Shown here: piece by piece, positions 42,341 through 51,450 of the stretch
Position numbering within the stretch: position 1 is the first letter of the stretch
Layout of the letters: the number at the start of each line of letters is the position of its first letter
DNA from: an uncultured Trueperaceae bacterium
Lineage (GTDB): Bacteria > Deinococcota > Deinococci > Deinococcales > Trueperaceae
NCBI GenBank assembly: GCA_913057685.1
Contig: CAJXOA010000007.1
Coordinates: forward strand, 3,123 to 67,122
Direction: 5' to 3'
Length of the DNA: 64,000 nucleotides
Translations under genes and position numbers: made by a program
The notes under the pieces: generated by a model
What the model was told of the DNA's origin: nothing
Database searches by the model: none
The model's input: the letters and a program-made list of their open reading frames with translations, nothing else

Positions 42341-42838
42341 TCACCAGCCCTGCGTGCCCGGGCCGCCCTTGAACGGCCCGACGACCCGCGACGTGACCCA
42401 ACTCCCGTAGAAGTCCCCGCCGACCGGCTGGACGACCTCCCCGTCGACCGTGACCTCGTCCATCTTCGAGGGGTAGAACGTCACCCAGCCGGCCAGGTCG
42501 CGGTAGCGCGGCGTCGGGTCGGGGTACCACCAGGCGGCCGCCGCCGCCCGCCGCCCGCCGGCGACGACGTCGGCGTACGCCGCGGCGCCCTTGAACTCGC
42601 AGAACGTCCGCCGGTCGATCGGCTCCAGCGCGGCGGCGTCGACGTCGTCGGGCGGGAGGTAGTACACCGGCGCGTGCGACGTCTCCAGGATGCGGACGGT
42701 GCGCGTCGAGTCGGCGACGACGACCCCGCCGAAGCGCACGATGACGCGCTCGGAGCTGGGGTCGACGGCGGGCGGGCGGGGGTAGTCCCAGACCGACTCC
42801 TGGCCGGGTCCGGGCGTCTCGGGGGTCGGGCGTCGCAT
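42341..42838 (-). CDS. DUF427-domain protein
   Basis: The pattern ESVWDYPRPP...VADS...LETSHAPVYYLP...T.CE(F/W)KG.A.Y; 165 aa. Confidence 0.7.
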   Translation of the reverse strand: MRRPTPETPGPGQESVWDYPRPPAVDPSSERVIVRFGGVVVADSTRTVRILETSHAPVYYLPPDDVDAAALEPIDRRTFCEFKGAAAYADVVAGGRRAAAAAWWYPDPTPRYRDLAGWVTFYPSKMDEVTVDGEVVQPVGGDFYGSWVTSRVVGPFKGGPGTQGW

Positions 42839-42889
42839 GGGCGCAGGGTAGCGGCCGGCGGGCGGCGCGACCGCGAGCGCGACCCCGGT

Positions 42890-43792
42890 TCAGGCGCGCA
42901 GCGCCAGCGCCCACGCCGCCAGCAGCGTCGTCGCCGCCGCCGACGCACCCACCGCGAGCCGCATCGCGACCCGGAAGTTGCCCGCGACGTCGCCGGGGTC
43001 GAAGCGCGCCGCCCACCGGTGCAGGGCGGCGGCGAGACCGAGCGCGCCCGCGACGACGGCGGCGGCGACCCCCACCCCGAGGTCGCGCGCGACGTCGGCG
43101 GCCAGCACCAGCGCGCCGGCCGGCAGCAGCCCCGCCGCCGCGCGCAGGGCGCGCGGGGCGCCCCAGCGGACCGGCAACGTCCGGTCGCCCCGCGCCGCGT
43201 CCTCGCGCACCTGGTACGCCTGCGTCACGACGTACAGCCCCGCCACCAGGAGGGCGGTGACCGCCATGCGGGCGGCGTTCCAGGGGGTCGCCAGGTCCGT
43301 CGTTCCGGCGACCGTGACCCACCCGAGCGCGAACCCGAGCGCGCCCTGCCCCAGGGCGATCGCCGCCATCGCGAGGCGCGGGTCGCGCTTGAGGCGGACG
43401 GCGGGGTGCGAGTAGGCGGTGAACACCGCGAACAACGCCCCCCAGAACGCGAGGAAGGTCGCCCCGACCCACGCCGCGAACGCCGCGCCGATCGCCTGCA
43501 CCGCCAGCGAGAACGGCAGCAGGCCCCCGTCGACGGCGGGCGGGTGCAGCATCCCCCCGACCGGGCCCTCGTCGCGGTCGTACACGGAGTTGAAGGCGGT
43601 CGTCCCGCCGTACAGGAAGACGTGCAGCGACGCCCACGCCGCCAGCAGCCGCCCGGCCTCGACGCTCACGCCGGTCTCGCGCAGGGCGGCGACCACCCCG
43701 AAGCCCCAGATCGGCGTCAGGATCAGGTTGAACGCGAGGCGCAGGTGGCGCAGCCACGGGTGCCGCGCCGCCCGGCGAAGCGCACGGGCCAT
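42890..43792 (-). CDS. UbiA-family aromatic prenyltransferase
   Basis: 300 aa, about 8 TM helices. An Asp-rich first motif FNSVYDRDE and a second motif QVREDAARGDRT lie in the loops. Confidence 0.75.
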   Translation of the reverse strand: MARALRRAARHPWLRHLRLAFNLILTPIWGFGVVAALRETGVSVEAGRLLAAWASLHVFLYGGTTAFNSVYDRDEGPVGGMLHPPAVDGGLLPFSLAVQAIGAAFAAWVGATFLAFWGALFAVFTAYSHPAVRLKRDPRLAMAAIALGQGALGFALGWVTVAGTTDLATPWNAARMAVTALLVAGLYVVTQAYQVREDAARGDRTLPVRWGAPRALRAAAGLLPAGALVLAADVARDLGVGVAAAVVAGALGLAAALHRWAARFDPGDVAGNFRVAMRLAVGASAAATTLLAAWALALRA

Positions 43793-43801
43793 GCGGCAGG
43801 G

Positions 43802-45043
43802 TTACACGCTGCGCGGTCCGCCGACCAGGTTCCGCATCGTGAAGGCGCGCGCCAGCAGCGCCGCGCTCGGCCCGCGGAGCGCCGCCGCGAGCGCCGCGTC
43901 GCGCACCCCCGCCGCGCGGGTGGGGCGCCCCAAACGCAGGTTGGCCTCCGCCCGGAGGCGGGCGCGGCGCGCGCGGGCGCCCTGGCGCCGCGCGTACGTG
44001 CGCATCGCATCGGCCCGCGTCGCGCGACCCTCGCGGTGCGCGCGCCACGCGTCGACGAGCTCGTCGGCGCCCAACCAGCCCAGCGTCATGCCCTGCCCCC
44101 CGAGCGGCGGCACGACGTGGGCGGCGTCCCCCGCCAACCAGGTGCGGCCGCGCGCCATGGGCGTCGCGCGGCGCGCCTCCACCCCGAACGACGAACGCAT
44201 CGTCGCCGCGCCGGGATCGAGGACGACCCCCATCCGGCCGGCGACGAGGCGCGCCAGGTGCACCGGGTCGGCCTCGGCGGGGACCGGCGTGCGCACCACC
44301 CAGCGGCGCACCCCGCCCGGGAGGGGGAACGCCTCGACGACGCCGGCGGGCGCCAGGTGGATCCACGCCTCGTCGGCCGCCAGCGGCCCCAGGGCGGCGG
44401 GCCACGCCTCCGCCGCCTGCGGCAGGTCGATCATCAGGTAGGCGTCGTCGAACGACCGCCCGGCGCGGCGGCCGGCGACCCAGCGTTCCGCCCCGCCGCG
44501 CGCGCCGGTGCAGGCGATCACGTCGCGGGCGCGGACCTCGAGCGTCCCCCCACCCCGCGCGTCGGTCGCCTCGAGGGTCACGCCGGCGGCGTCCTCGCGG
44601 CGGCCGCGCACCGTCACGCCCCGCCGCACCGCGCCGGGGGCGAGCGCCTCGAGGCGGTCCAGGAGCACCCCCTCGGTGACGTGCTGCGGTGCGGTCAGCA
44701 CGAACGGCCACGGGTCGGGCAGGTGCGCGCCGAAGGCGATCGTGCCGAGGCGGCGCAGGTCGCGGCCCGGCGTGCCGGCGCCGCCGTGCCCCCGCCGGAC
44801 CGGGACGCCCGCCGCGACGAGGGGGTCGGCCGCCCCGACCCGCGCGAGCGCCTCGAGGCCCGGCGGGTGGAGGCCGATGGCGCGGGTGTGGGTCGGGGGG
44901 TCCAGGCGACGCTCGAGCACGACGACCGACGCGCCCAGCGACGCGAGGCGGGCGGCGAGGTAGCTGCCGGTCGCGCCCGCCCCCACGATCGCGACGTCGA
45001 CGTCCGCGGGCTCGCGGACGGCCCGCACATTCGGTGGCGTCAT
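43802..45043 (-). CDS. FAD-dependent aromatic monooxygenase/hydroxylase
   Basis: 413 aa. GxGxxG VAIVGAGATGSYLA and the DG...GDAAH motif WLAGDAAHVVPPLGGQGMTLG. ATGA overlap with the methyltransferase stop. Confidence 0.85.
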   Translation of the reverse strand: MTPPNVRAVREPADVDVAIVGAGATGSYLAARLASLGASVVVLERRLDPPTHTRAIGLHPPGLEALARVGAADPLVAAGVPVRRGHGGAGTPGRDLRRLGTIAFGAHLPDPWPFVLTAPQHVTEGVLLDRLEALAPGAVRRGVTVRGRREDAAGVTLEATDARGGGTLEVRARDVIACTGARGGAERWVAGRRAGRSFDDAYLMIDLPQAAEAWPAALGPLAADEAWIHLAPAGVVEAFPLPGGVRRWVVRTPVPAEADPVHLARLVAGRMGVVLDPGAATMRSSFGVEARRATPMARGRTWLAGDAAHVVPPLGGQGMTLGWLGADELVDAWRAHREGRATRADAMRTYARRQGARARRARLRAEANLRLGRPTRAAGVRDAALAAALRGPSAALLARAFTMRNLVGGPRSV

Positions 45044-45771
45044 GGGGCCTCCGTCTCCCGCAGGACCCGAAGGCGGAAGGCGCCGCGGCGCCGCACGTGC
45101 GCGCCGGGCGGGAGGTGCGGCGCGAGCTCCGGGGGGCGCCACGCCCGCCGGATCGACCGCATCCCGTCGACCCGCACGAACGACCCGCGGAACGGCAGCG
45201 AGAACACCGCGAACGCCGGGAGGGCGAACGGCGTGCGGATCAGGTCGTCGTGGAGGACCGCCCGCGCCGCCAGCGCGTCGGTGGCCGCCAGGAACGGCGC
45301 CAGGTCCGCCTCCGCCAGGTGGTGCAGGACGTGGTTCGACACGACCAGGTCGAAGCGGCGGCCGGCGGCCCGGAGGTCGCCGACGTCCTCGCCCGGGCCG
45401 TCCCCGACGTACGTCACGCCGGTGGGGGTCGGGCGCGTCCGGGCGAACGCCAGGGCGCGGGGGTCGCGGTCGAGCGCCGTCACCTGCAGCGGCACGCCGT
45501 CGTCCGCCGCCCAGCGCGCGAGGCGGCGGGCGAGGTCCCCACCGCCGCACCCGACGTCCAGGAGCGTCGCGCGCCCCGACGCCTCGGCTGCGGCGCGGGC
45601 GTGCGGGCGCAGCACCGTCCGCCACGCCGCCCGCCAGCCGGACAGGAGGTCGTTGAGGAGCCCGAACTGCGCGAACGTCGCCGCGAGCCGTTCGGGGTCG
45701 CACGCCGGGTCGTCCATCCGCTCGCGCAGGTCGTGCGCGCGGGGGAACCGGTCGACGGGGCCACCGTTCAC
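45040..45771 (-). CDS. class I SAM-dependent methyltransferase
   Basis: 243 aa. Motif I LLDVGCGGGDL. GTGA overlap with the type III PKS stop. Confidence 0.8.
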   Translation of the reverse strand: MNGGPVDRFPRAHDLRERMDDPACDPERLAATFAQFGLLNDLLSGWRAAWRTVLRPHARAAAEASGRATLLDVGCGGGDLARRLARWAADDGVPLQVTALDRDPRALAFARTRPTPTGVTYVGDGPGEDVGDLRAAGRRFDLVVSNHVLHHLAEADLAPFLAATDALAARAVLHDDLIRTPFALPAFAVFSLPFRGSFVRVDGMRSIRRAWRPPELAPHLPPGAHVRRRGAFRLRVLRETEAP

Positions 45772-46934
45772 GCGAAGGTCAGGAGCCCGCTGGCGACCGT
45801 CAGGCCGGGCCCGAACGCCATGGCGATCACCGGTTCGCCGGGCGGCCCCGGCGCGCGCAACAGGTCGGCCAGGACGAACATCACCGTCGCGCTCGACATG
45901 TTGCCGTAGCGCGCCAGCACCCCGCGGGAGGCGGCCAGCGCGCCGTCGGGGAGGTCCAGGCCCACCTCCAGCTTGTCGAGGATCGCCCGCCCGCCGGGGT
46001 GGACCGCCCAGCGGGGTACGTCGGCGAGGTCGACGTCGCGGCCGGCGAGGAGCGGACCGAGGGCGTGGTGCGCCTTCGCCCCGACGATCTTCGGGACGTA
46101 CGCGCTCAACGTCATCTCGAACCCGGTGTCGCCGATCGTCCACGCCATGTCGTCGGCGCCCTCGGGCGCCAGGCCGTCGGCGAACGCGTCGAGGCGCAAC
46201 GCCGGACCGGTCGGCGTCCGGCCGGAGACGACGGCGCCGACGGCGCCGTCGGCGAACACGCTGGCGGACACCAACGCGTCGGGGTCGCGGTCGTGCTGGA
46301 GGTGGAGGGTGCACAGTTCCGCCCAGGCGATCAGCACGACCGCGTCCGGGTCGGCCTCGACGAAGGCGCGCGCCATGCGGAGGGCGGGGAACGCCGCGTA
46401 GCACCCCATGAAGCCCAGGTGGTAGCGCTCGGTGCCGCCGCGCAGGCCGAGGCCGTGCACGACGTCGAGGTCGGGGCCGGGGGCGTAGAACCCGGTGCAG
46501 GACACCGTGACGACGTGCGTCACGTCGTCGGGGCCAACGTCGGGCGCCGCCTCGAGCGCGTCGCGCGCTGCGGTCACGAACAGCGGCCCGGCCTCGCTGC
46601 GGTAGCGGGCGTTGCGCTCCTTCGTGCCGGGGTCGCGGACGTCGCCGGCGTCGGTGACGAAGAACCCTGGGCCCGACTGGGTTGGGGGAAGCCGACGGAC
46701 GCCATGGGCGTCGCACCCTTCATCCGCGGGTGGGGTCGTCTCGCCGCCGCGGGGGACGAAGTCCTCGAGCACGCTGTGGCGCGTGTCGATCCCGCTGGAG
46801 GGGTAGATCCGCCGCAGCAGCTTGTCGGTCCGCCGGTCGCCGCCGACGATGCCCTCCATCGCCGCTTGGGCGCTTCCCTGGTCGACGGTGGGGGCGGGCA
46901 CGACGGGCGCGATGGAGTGCAGGTACGCAGGCAC
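45768..46934 (-). CDS. type III polyketide synthase (alkylresorcinol/alkylpyrone synthase-like)
   Basis: Catalytic Cys in VTVSCTGFYAPGPD, His in WAVHPGGRAILD and Asn in YGNMSSATVMFVL. The start is uncertain: GTG at 46934 (VPAYLHSIAPVVP) is preferred, and ATG at 47021 is possible. Confidence 0.88.
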   Translation of the reverse strand: MPAYLHSIAPVVPAPTVDQGSAQAAMEGIVGGDRRTDKLLRRIYPSSGIDTRHSVLEDFVPRGGETTPPADEGCDAHGVRRLPPTQSGPGFFVTDAGDVRDPGTKERNARYRSEAGPLFVTAARDALEAAPDVGPDDVTHVVTVSCTGFYAPGPDLDVVHGLGLRGGTERYHLGFMGCYAAFPALRMARAFVEADPDAVVLIAWAELCTLHLQHDRDPDALVSASVFADGAVGAVVSGRTPTGPALRLDAFADGLAPEGADDMAWTIGDTGFEMTLSAYVPKIVGAKAHHALGPLLAGRDVDLADVPRWAVHPGGRAILDKLEVGLDLPDGALAASRGVLARYGNMSSATVMFVLADLLRAPGPPGEPVIAMAFGPGLTVASGLLTFA

Positions 46935-47035
46935 GTGCGTAGCATAGGCCAGGGGGCCCCTCGCGTCCGAGGGCCGCGACGCAGTCGGACGGTGCGTCCG
47001 CACCACGTAACGTAAAGGCATAGTACGGTGCAACC

Positions 47036-48184
47036 ATGACGAGCGAATGGCACATCGACACGACACCGTTCGGAACCACGGGGCGTGGCGAGCCCGTGAC
47101 GCGGTTCGACCTCGTGGCGCCCGACGGGTCCGGCGTCGCGCTGCTCGATTACGGCGCGACGGTCCTCGAAGTCCGGGTGCCCGACCGCGCGGGCGGCCTG
47201 CGGAACGTCGCCCTCGGGCATCGCGACCTCGGGGCGTACGAGACGAATCCGGAGTACCTCGGCGTGACCGTGGGGCGGACGGCGGGGCGACGCCCCGCCA
47301 CGCCGGTCGACGTCGGGGGGACGACGGTGCACCTCCCGGCGAACGAGGGGGACGGCGTGCACCTGCACGGTGGGCCGGTCGGGTTCCACCGGCGCCTCTG
47401 GAACGCCGAGGTACGCCGGGAGCCGGGGCAGGACGGTCTCGCGGAGGTCACCTTCGCGCGGGTGAGCGACGACGGGGAGGACGGCTACCCCGGGCGGCTC
47501 GAGGTGCGCGTGCACGTCGCCTGGACCGAACGCCACGAACTGCGGATCCGGACCGAGGGGGCGTCCGACCGCACGACCCTGTTCGCACCGACCCACCACG
47601 GCACCTGGAACCTCGAGGGTGCCGGCGCCGGGCCGGCGACGGAGCACGAGCTCAGCGTCGACGCCGACGCCTACCTCGCCCTCGATGACCTGGGCGTCGC
47701 GACCGGCGAGGTGCGTCCGGTCCGCGGTACGCCGCTCGACCTGCGCGACGGGACGCCCGTCGCCACGCTCGTGCCCGGCGACGGGCCACTGCGGGGGCGC
47801 CGCCTCGACGTCGCGGCGACCGGCGACGGCGAAGCGCACGCCGCGGCGGAGTTCCTGCGCCGCACCCACGGCCTCGACGCCGCCTTCGTGCTGCCCCCGA
47901 CGGAGTCGGGGGTCCTCCGCCCCGTCGCGACGTTGCACGCGCCGCGCAGCGGCATCACGATGACCGTGATCACCGACGAGCCGGCCCTGCAGGCCTACAC
48001 CGGGTCGTTCCTCGGGCGGGACGTCCCCGGCACGCACGGAACGCCGCACGTTCCCTACGGCGGCGTCGCCCTCGAACCGCAACGCTTCCCCGGGCCGGCG
48101 TTCCACGACCATCCGTTCGGGGCGGTGCTGGTGCATGGGGAGGGGTATCGGTCGGAGAACGTGTTTCGTTTCGGGAAGGATTGA
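47036..48184 (+). CDS. aldose 1-epimerase (galactose mutarotase family)
   Basis: 382 aa. Motifs VGRTAGR, HLHGG..GF and GYPG.LEV.V.W, plus the C-terminal ALEPQRFP pattern. Confidence 0.8.
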   Translation: MTSEWHIDTTPFGTTGRGEPVTRFDLVAPDGSGVALLDYGATVLEVRVPDRAGGLRNVALGHRDLGAYETNPEYLGVTVGRTAGRRPATPVDVGGTTVHLPANEGDGVHLHGGPVGFHRRLWNAEVRREPGQDGLAEVTFARVSDDGEDGYPGRLEVRVHVAWTERHELRIRTEGASDRTTLFAPTHHGTWNLEGAGAGPATEHELSVDADAYLALDDLGVATGEVRPVRGTPLDLRDGTPVATLVPGDGPLRGRRLDVAATGDGEAHAAAEFLRRTHGLDAAFVLPPTESGVLRPVATLHAPRSGITMTVITDEPALQAYTGSFLGRDVPGTHGTPHVPYGGVALEPQRFPGPAFHDHPFGAVLVHGEGYRSENVFRFGKD

Positions 48185-49030
48185 TCCTGCGGCGGACGTA
48201 GCACGAGCCGTCCGTTGTGCGTGCGGAGCGTTGATTCCAGGTGTGACGGGACGAGACTGAAGCATGCGTGGCGCGGTGATGCCTCGTGTCCTTCCGTGTT
48301 GCGTCACGTTAATGAGTGTCATGTAGCGATACGGCTGCGTTCGAGCCGAAGCATGTCTTCGTTTCTGTCGTATTGCGCCCGAAATGCAGCAGATGCGGCT
48401 AGCGTAGACGAAAACGTGCATCCCACGGGCTTTCAAGGGCGCGGTTCGGGAGTCGTTTTGAGTGCTCGAGTGCCATGTGGGCAATGTCGGAGGTGCGCGA
48501 GTGACGGCATCTACCCACGCCGTACCGTCCCGCGAGACCGTCCACTGGATCTTTGGCCTAGGACAGGTCCTTCGAGGCAAGGCGCCTGACAACGTCGTCC
48601 ACGGCTGGGTTTGACTCGGTGAAGGCAAGGGCTTGAACGCAAGCGTAGCTCGGTATTCGTCGCTCGAGCTCCCGAGCGACAGGCGAATGCCTTTCAGGGG
48701 CGTACGTGTGCACGGTGGACAGGCGCCGTCAGTCACGCTTTGCCTTGAATTCATCGGCGATCACCGATCCATGTCCGTACGTGCCCGGTTCCGAAATCTA
48801 ATGTGCTCCCCATTTGGTTGGGGGTCATGCCTACGGGGCGACCATCTCTACTTCCCCTACTTCACTCAACCGACGCTGTCCCCTCGCATAGTGCGCTGGA
48901 AAGTACGCCGTAGCCCCAAGCAAAAAGTGAAGATTATGGAAAAAATAACGTAGGAATAACACCCTACGAATAGTCTTCTCTCCGCAAGGCGCGCATTCGC
49001 CCGAGCGCCTTATGCACGAAGGGAGTTCGT
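48185..49030. other. 846-bp apparently non-coding, lower-GC spacer at the left edge of the low-GC block
   Basis: The only ORFs are short, Cys/Arg-rich and implausible (48215..48589, 48633..48953). An AT-rich patch lies at about 48935-48975. GGGAG lies 7 nt upstream of the ATG at 49031. Confidence 0.6.
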
Positions 49031-49702
49031 ATGACCATGGCTCGAGGAGTCCTTGCCGCGGCAATCATGTTTGCAGGCATGGGAGTCGCGCAGGACACCA
49101 CCAGCGCGACCGACACACAAACGGTGCAGGACATCAGTTTCGTCGTCGGCAACCGAATTGACGTTCAGATGAGCAGCGGTGCAAGCGCCACGGCTGCGCT
49201 GTCGATCAACTCGGCGGATACGTCCGTCATCGATGACGAAACGATCGACATCGACTACGTGTTTGGTTCGCTTGATGGCGGTATTACGGCTGAAGTGACC
49301 AACTTCAATTTGGACAACACCGATTATACGCCAGGTACGGCCGAAGGCGTGACGCCTGAGGATGCGGGGTTGGGGACGTCGGTTCCCGATCCGGATAATG
49401 AGATGTTTTCGTTGACCAATGGGATTCGCCTTGCTCTATGCATGGGCACGGCGGATCAGTACACAACAACTGCATGTGATCCGCTGGCTGACCCAGGAAT
49501 TGGGTGGAAAAAAGTAAACGTGATGCAAGCGCAACAAGGCGTCTTTGGAGCCGCGACTCTCATGACTGACAACGATGCCGGGGTGGCACAGGAGGGTGAG
49601 GAGCTTTCATTGAAGTTTGCGGCATCGAAGCTCAACCGTGGCCCCGAGCAGGCGATTGAAGATCTCGACCTGACGGTCACCTTCACGGTAGCGGATTACT
49701 AA
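49031..49702 (+). CDS. secreted acidic protein, putative fibre/surface subunit 1
   Basis: 223 aa. Sec signal MTMARGVLAAAIMFAGMGVAQ. Thr/Asp-rich with two Cys. C-terminal strand LTVTFTVADY. Atypical codon usage. Confidence 0.75.
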   Translation: MTMARGVLAAAIMFAGMGVAQDTTSATDTQTVQDISFVVGNRIDVQMSSGASATAALSINSADTSVIDDETIDIDYVFGSLDGGITAEVTNFNLDNTDYTPGTAEGVTPEDAGLGTSVPDPDNEMFSLTNGIRLALCMGTADQYTTTACDPLADPGIGWKKVNVMQAQQGVFGAATLMTDNDAGVAQEGEELSLKFAASKLNRGPEQAIEDLDLTVTFTVADY

Positions 49703-49797
49703 TGGCCGGAGTCATGCAGTGGACTGCGCTGTGGCGTGGCGCGCCCCTCGAAGGCGCCTACACACTAGTCGATCGCGTGAAGAAAGGATTTCGAGTG

Positions 49798-50478
49798 ATG
49801 AGAAGGCGTGGAATCGGTTCGCTTTTCGCAGTGACGATGGTCATGGTGGGCCTCGGAACGACCTTGGCTCAAAGCATCCAAACTCCGAGTAGTGCACAGG
49901 ACGACGTCGTCTCCGCCAGCGACGACGTCACCCTGTCGCTGACATACAGTTTCGTAAACTTCGTCAACGCCGGTGGAGACGTGACCGAACAACTTAGCAT
50001 CGCCGGAGCGGACACCTTCGATAGTGCGCCCGGCGGAACTGTGGAGTATTCCTTTGCTAACGCGACCACACACCTCTATGCCGAAATCGTAAGCGTCAAC
50101 GGGGTTACGCCGACGGATGAGTTGGCGGATTGGTACCAAGATGCGGAAAACCACCTTGAGTTCGGAATCGCCAATGGCGACGTATCCGACCGCTCCGACT
50201 TCAACGGCACGTCGGGGTCCGGCGAAGCTGCTCGGCTTTTCCCCGGAGATGGTAGCGATCAGCCCGTCAAGGCGCTGCTCGATGGTTCTGGAATGTACGT
50301 TGCCGGTAGTCTCAACGACCGGCTCCACGGCACGGACGGGGGAGGGGCCAACTCGTTCGAGTACTCGTACTACATCGCCCAACGTGGGGACGGACCGGAA
50401 ATGGGTTTCGGCGACACAAGCCCAGAGACGACGAACGGTGATTCGGTCACGATCCAGTTCACGGTAGCCTCAGAATAA
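49798..50478 (+). CDS. secreted acidic protein, putative fibre/surface subunit 2 (distant paralog of subunit 1)
   Basis: 226 aa counted from the ATG at 49798, which has GAAAGGA about 10 nt upstream. Signal MRRRGIGSLFAVTMVMVGLGTTLAQ. C-terminal strand VTIQFTVASE matches that of subunit 1. Confidence 0.75.
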   Translation: MRRRGIGSLFAVTMVMVGLGTTLAQSIQTPSSAQDDVVSASDDVTLSLTYSFVNFVNAGGDVTEQLSIAGADTFDSAPGGTVEYSFANATTHLYAEIVSVNGVTPTDELADWYQDAENHLEFGIANGDVSDRSDFNGTSGSGEAARLFPGDGSDQPVKALLDGSGMYVAGSLNDRLHGTDGGGANSFEYSYYIAQRGDGPEMGFGDTSPETTNGDSVTIQFTVASE

Positions 50479-50485
50479 GGCCAGA

Positions 50486-51388
50486 GTGATTCTGGTTCGA
50501 TCCTCTGGACATATCGGCCTGAACGGCTTCCGCGCGCTTGGCCCCACCCTGGAAGGGTGGGGCCGGCCAAGACTCTTGATGCTGCTGGCGTCGTGTGTGA
50601 CGTTCACTGGGTTTCTTGCTTCGGGGCTTGCGATGGCAAACATCGGCATCCTCGAGTCCTTGACGGCGACCATCGACATGATGCCCGGTGAAACGGCCAC
50701 ACGCACCATTACGGTGTTTAACAATGGCGATTCGCCGCAACGCGTACGCGTGCGTCTTCTCGATCGCATACCTGGTGGGGATCCAGAGTACGTTGAACCG
50801 GGTTCCATCACCACATCGGCGTCGCAGATGGTGCGACCTGAGGTGGATGAGTTCATCGTTGCGGACGGCGAGAATCGACGCTTTTCGTTTACGGTCACGG
50901 CGCCACCCGACGTAGACGAACCGGCGACCTATTGGACCGTACTGATGTTCGAACCAGAAGGTGAGCTCGAGGAAGACGTACCGCCCGCCGAGGGTATCCA
51001 AATCCGGACACGCACGCGGTATGCGTACTCGGTGCTGGTGCACGTCGGAGCCCCCGACGTTTCTGGCATTACGATTGGCGACGTCGCGCGCGGTGACGCA
51101 AGCGGTATGGACCGTGACGCCCTGCTCATCGATGCAACACTTCAGGTCGAAGGGCAACGCGTGGCACTCGTCCGCGTCCAAGCACAGGTATTCGATCGTG
51201 CGGTGGGCGACCAAATCTTCTCAACGCCTCCCGCAACGGTACGCCTCTATCCAGGATACGAACGCGAGGTTCGATTCGATCTTTCGGACGTGCCTCCAGG
51301 GGCATACGAAGTTCTCCTCCTCGCAGAAACGGAAAATTCGGACATGTACGCCGTGCGACTGGACTTGGACGTGGGCGGAGAACCCTGA
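50486..51388 (+). CDS. secreted two-beta-sandwich protein, chaperone-like / DUF916-DUF3324-like
   Basis: The hydrophobic signal LLMLLASCVTFTGFLASGLAMA suggests the ATG at 50579 as an alternative start. The strings MMPGETATRTITVFNNGDSPQRVRVRL, RRFSFTVTAPPD and PPGAYEVLLLAE are Ig-like strand patterns. There is no C-terminal TM helix. Confidence 0.7.
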   Translation: MILVRSSGHIGLNGFRALGPTLEGWGRPRLLMLLASCVTFTGFLASGLAMANIGILESLTATIDMMPGETATRTITVFNNGDSPQRVRVRLLDRIPGGDPEYVEPGSITTSASQMVRPEVDEFIVADGENRRFSFTVTAPPDVDEPATYWTVLMFEPEGELEEDVPPAEGIQIRTRTRYAYSVLVHVGAPDVSGITIGDVARGDASGMDRDALLIDATLQVEGQRVALVRVQAQVFDRAVGDQIFSTPPATVRLYPGYEREVRFDLSDVPPGAYEVLLLAETENSDMYAVRLDLDVGGEP

Positions 51389-51450
51389 TGAGGTCGGTGT
51401 TGGCGCGAGACGGGTAGGCCGTCGCGACGCCCACGCTGCGTGGTCCTGCC

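Noticed and set aside
42252-46716. ORFs 42252..44711 (-, 819 aa), 42674..46411 (+, 1245 aa) and the N-terminal extensions of 43802..45703 and 45040..46716.
   Set aside because: They are low-complexity Arg/Pro/Gly translations. The PKS, methyltransferase, monooxygenase and UbiA frames explain the region.
46574-48754. 726-aa minus-strand ORF spanning the antisense of the epimerase gene and half of the low-GC spacer.
   Set aside because: The translation has no recognisable domain. The part over 47036-48184 is antisense to a well-supported mutarotase gene. The spacer part is Cys/Arg/Thr-rich noise.
48215-49152. Short ORFs in the spacer (48215..48589 +, 48633..48953 +, 48831..49064 -, 48964..49152 -).
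   Set aside because: They have no RBS, odd composition (many Cys/Arg/Trp) and no motifs, and they overlap one another. I treat the region as non-coding pending BLASTX/Rfam.
49702-49797. Upstream extension of subunit-2 gene (ORF track start 49702) and, similarly, the 50486 versus 50579 start choice for gene 3.
   Set aside because: For gene 2, the signal peptide begins at the internal Met (49798), which has its own purine-rich RBS, and the 32 extra residues are not signal-like. For gene 3, I kept 50486 as the outer bound but flag 50579 as the likely true start.
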